NCBI GenBank assembly: GCA_965213685.1
Contig: CBDBZY010000041.1
Span: 320,001-384,000 of the forward strand
Reading direction: 5' to 3'
Length of the DNA stretch: 64,000 bases
DNA from: a bacterium
Lineage (GTDB): Bacteria > UBA8248
The position numbers and the translations under genes were made by a program. Shown here one piece after another: positions 60,757 to 64,000 of this stretch. Each line of letters begins with the position of its first letter. Position 1 is the first letter of the stretch. The notes beneath the pieces are model-generated. The model saw only the letters and a program-made list of their open reading frames with translations. It was not told the DNA's origin and did not search any database.

Positions 60757-62025
60757 TAATGTGGGGAGGAAAAGGCAGTTTACCACTTCATTGAGCATGA
60801 CATAACACTGATTGTCCATGACTATGTGGAATTCGAGTAACTTGCCTGTTGACTGTGTTTCTTGTAATTTTAAGAACTACATCGTCCTACTCCTTATGTA
60901 ATTGTGTTGTACTCTTTTAGTATACATACACACTTATAACGTATTAATTACTATACTATTGGACGTTTGTCCCTCGAGCTCGGTGGGTTCTCAGGCTAGT
61001 ATATACTGCCATACTATAGATATGTTCCGTGAAGTTAAATATCTATGGTCATACGCACTTGAGCTGAACACCTGCTCACACCTGCGATTGTTCGTGAGCT
61101 TTTAGGGGGACGCTGCACGTGGAGAAAGAACACGCACTGCAGCCGCTACTCTTTCCACACCTGAGCTGTATGGTACAGCTCACATAATTATGTGATAGCA
61201 AAATGATTATTTATATGTCTATAGCTACTTCATCCTCTCACTAGACCAGACTGAAACAGCTCTTAGACACGTGCAGATGTCGATAGGGGTTGATTGCTGT
61301 CACGCCGTCAACTACCTCCTTGAGTACTAGTAATATTATGTTATACTGTATCAATGCTTACTAAGATGGTAAGAATGCGGGAGTAGTATCCCTTCTCCTT
61401 CCCCCGTATTCCTCCGCGCACGGGAAAAATACGGCTGGCATGCGAGGCTACTCCGACCTGCATGTGGCATAACGTCACTCAGAGCACGGGCACTGCACTT
61501 CCCGCATGCACGTCACTTGCCCGCCCACGTGATACCCCTCTTCCTTACTCCTCATTCTCCTCCTCCAGTGGTACTTGGAATACTCAGCCATGCAGAAAGA
61601 AGTTCTTGGGTTAGTATAACTAGCCTACCCCTGGCCCTTGCCCCATCAAATGACCAAGTTAATGAGCCAAACTCCCCTCAGGTAATGCTAGTGTCTCTCA
61701 GGCTCAAGTGAGCACTGCTGTACTAGGTGAGCAATTTGATTCTCTACCATATCTGCTAGCAATAATTGTGTAACTTCCACGATCAAGATAGCTGATGTAC
61801 ATGTACAGTATGTGTAAATACTAATAGAGACCACTCACATGTACATGCACAGTCATACAAATTGTTCTCCAGTCCAGTGGCTACATACAGGGCAAAGGGC
61901 GAGTGCAGAGAGCACCAACTAACAATGCCACACACTTTGAATGAATAACATTGTAATGATCAACAGCAGCACACATGTAAGTCCATCTCACAAAACAATT
62001 ATTATGCAGTACATTTTGATAACAA

Positions 62026-62177
62026 TCATTTTGAGGACTCCTCATACACACTCCTCCTGTACTGCCCTCTGTCTGGTAGTATGTACAGGGCAAGACTGCC
62101 AGTGACTGTGGCAGTGAGAGTGAGGAGACCCATCCCAGACACCAGGTGGAGGAGGAGGGTGGGCAGGGAGAACAGGC
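62026..62177 (-). CDS. Terminal exon resembling P2X purinoceptor TM2 and C-terminal YxxxK-like region (GLFSLPTLLLHLVSGMGLLTLTATVTGSLALYILPDRGQYRRSVYEESSK*)
   Basis: Pyrimidine tract+CAG acceptor and TGA stop; pattern G.F...TLL..LVSG.GLL......  ..LAL..LP...Y matches P2X TM2 of Dictyostelium/algal-type receptors as I recall them (not searched). Confidence 0.55.
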
Positions 62178-62902
62178 CTGAGGGAGGGAGGGAGAGAACG
62201 GGAAGAGAGGGGAGTGGTAGGTAATACATAAATGTCCTACATACTGTACATGCACATGTACAAAAGGGGTTACTGGGGGAAATGCTGCTGAGCCTAAAGG
62301 AGGGAGGTAGGGAGTGAGGTAGGGAGTGAGGTAGAGAGGGAGGTAGGGAGGGAGACTGTAGAAGCTGAAATCAGAACTGATTTGGAGCTAGAGAGTAGTT
62401 GTTTTTGCAGAATAATCTTTTGAAACAAATCACAGTTTTAAGGATAATAATAGGACTAAGAATAGGGGAATAGAATAATAGGTATCAAGGCCTAATAAGG
62501 TCAGTGAAAGAGTCAGCGCAAGCTCTGCCTGAAGCAGGGAAACGATTGATAGGGAAAGGAGGAAGGAATGGGAGAAGGGAGTGAAGGAGGGAGGGAGGGA
62601 GGGAGGGAGGGAGGGAGGGAGGAGGGAGTACATGTACATGTACACTACATGAGTACATGTGCATGATGTATGGGTACACGTACGTACATGTACACATGCG
62701 CACTGCACAGTAGCTTGGCCATGATGTGGCTGCCCTGCAGGAGTCTGCCAGCCTTCAGAGAGTGGCGCTGTCTACCTCACACTGTGCTCCATGCATGAGG
62801 TGAGCCTTCTGCATTGGTGGGAGAGAGAGGGAGGGAGGGAGGGAGGGAGGAGAGAGAGGGAGGGAGGGAGGGAGGGAGGGAGGGAAGGAGGGAGGGGGAG
62901 AG

Positions 62903-63330
62903 GAATCACCTCATCTCCCTCTGGTAGCTGGTCAATGCCCAATTCAATCACCTGGACACAGGGAAAAGGCTGGCCATGTGCCCATGCACACACTTTACTG
63001 CTCCACACACTACACTGCACACACAATACCAGAATGCACACACATGCATGCACACATGTACATGTATACGTGCATGTGGCTTTGTCGAAAGCCATAGTGC
63101 GCATTGAATAGAACTAGCGTCTTTCTCTCCCTCATGCTCACGCAGAGTGAAGCTCTCTGCAGGTTCACCTCGTCCGTGTCCCTGAGAGGAATCTCTATGG
63201 AGGACGCACCAGGTACGTAGCGCGTGGCCATCTCCACTCGCTGCCGCAGGCAAGAGGGAGCAGAGGCTGGAGCGATGGAGCGCAGTGAGCGCCAGGTGCT
63301 TCTATTTAGAGCACATGGGAGGAGTTAGTG
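62903..63330 (-). pseudogene. CTR9: Partial duplicate of CTR9 5' end (5' region, exon 1 63231-63169, intron 1, first half of exon 2)
   Basis: Near-identical to 43813-44240 including the intron; homology stops at ...EGDEVI; upstream homology resumes about 63790-63910 versus 44325-44450. Confidence 0.9.
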
Positions 63331-64000
63331 GTCAGCCATACTCGTGGTCGTCCAGCGGCGTGGTCGGACCAGCAAAGAGCGTGTCTCCATGCGACTGGTT
63401 GTGCGAATGGACTACGCAGGGCAGGGCAGAGAGTCACAGCAATGGGAGATCAGTTATGAGTATGGAGCACAGCCATTGTGGAGAGTGGTGCGGATGAAGC
63501 TTATCGGACACATGTCGTCCTTAGGAGCTGCGAGAGCTGATTAGAGACACTGGCCGGCTCGCTATCGCTCACAAATGGGGCACCAAGGCCCGGATGCCAT
63601 GACCCTACAGCGCACTGCTCTCCATTGTCACCTCGTATCATACAACAGTGTTGTCCCTTCCTCCGCTGCGTGCCTCCCTCCCTGTTTCTCTTCTCCCCTC
63701 ACACTCTCTCCCTCTCCTCCTCCTCCCTCTCCTCATTCCCTTCTCTCTCTCTCACTACGGTATGCAGGACTACAATGTCCAGAGTTGGTTTGACCTGTTT
63801 ATTTGGTCGTGTGACAAGGGCTAGGAACTGCTCTACTTCCATCATACTCCCATCACGCAGGTAAAGAAAAAGAGAAACACAAGGTGTCATTCTCAACACT
63901 TGATCCCTCACTACATGTATATACATGTGGACCATCTGCTATTTATTCTGAGTTGTATTCTTATATGTGTAGGCTTGTTGCTTTGTTTTATTTCTAAGCC

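Overview
Eukaryotic (animal) genomic DNA, intron-rich and repeat-dense. A demosponge or similar early-branching invertebrate is my inference from the kinase-coiled coil-Kelch gene family, the (TACATG)n microsatellite load and the repeat types. The main gene is CTR9 (PAF1 complex TPR subunit) on the minus strand: ATG at 44138, 24 exons traced in phase down to about 10890, 3' end unresolved. An intronless pseudokinase-coiled coil-Kelch gene (28487-30562, +) is nested antisense in its 9.5-kb intron. A catalytically intact, spliced kinase-coiled coil-Kelch paralogue lies at 55674-46402 (-). A duplicated CTR9 promoter plus exons 1-2 (about 62903-63910) sits just upstream of an orphan P2X-receptor-like TM2 exon. 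The non-coding DNA holds minimal type I hammerhead ribozymes and several short repeats with an internal tRNA cloverleaf (one family with a CUA anticodon triplet and G3:U70); most copies end at the self-complementary CATGTA microsatellite. It also holds a decayed RING/RAG1-like (Chapaev-type) transposase, AcademH-, hAT-, piggyBac-, Tc1/pogo- and Helentron-type non-autonomous elements, a CpG-rich 709-bp element in a self-nested inverted-plus-tandem array, and long foldback repeats. All calls were made by eye; no database searches were run.
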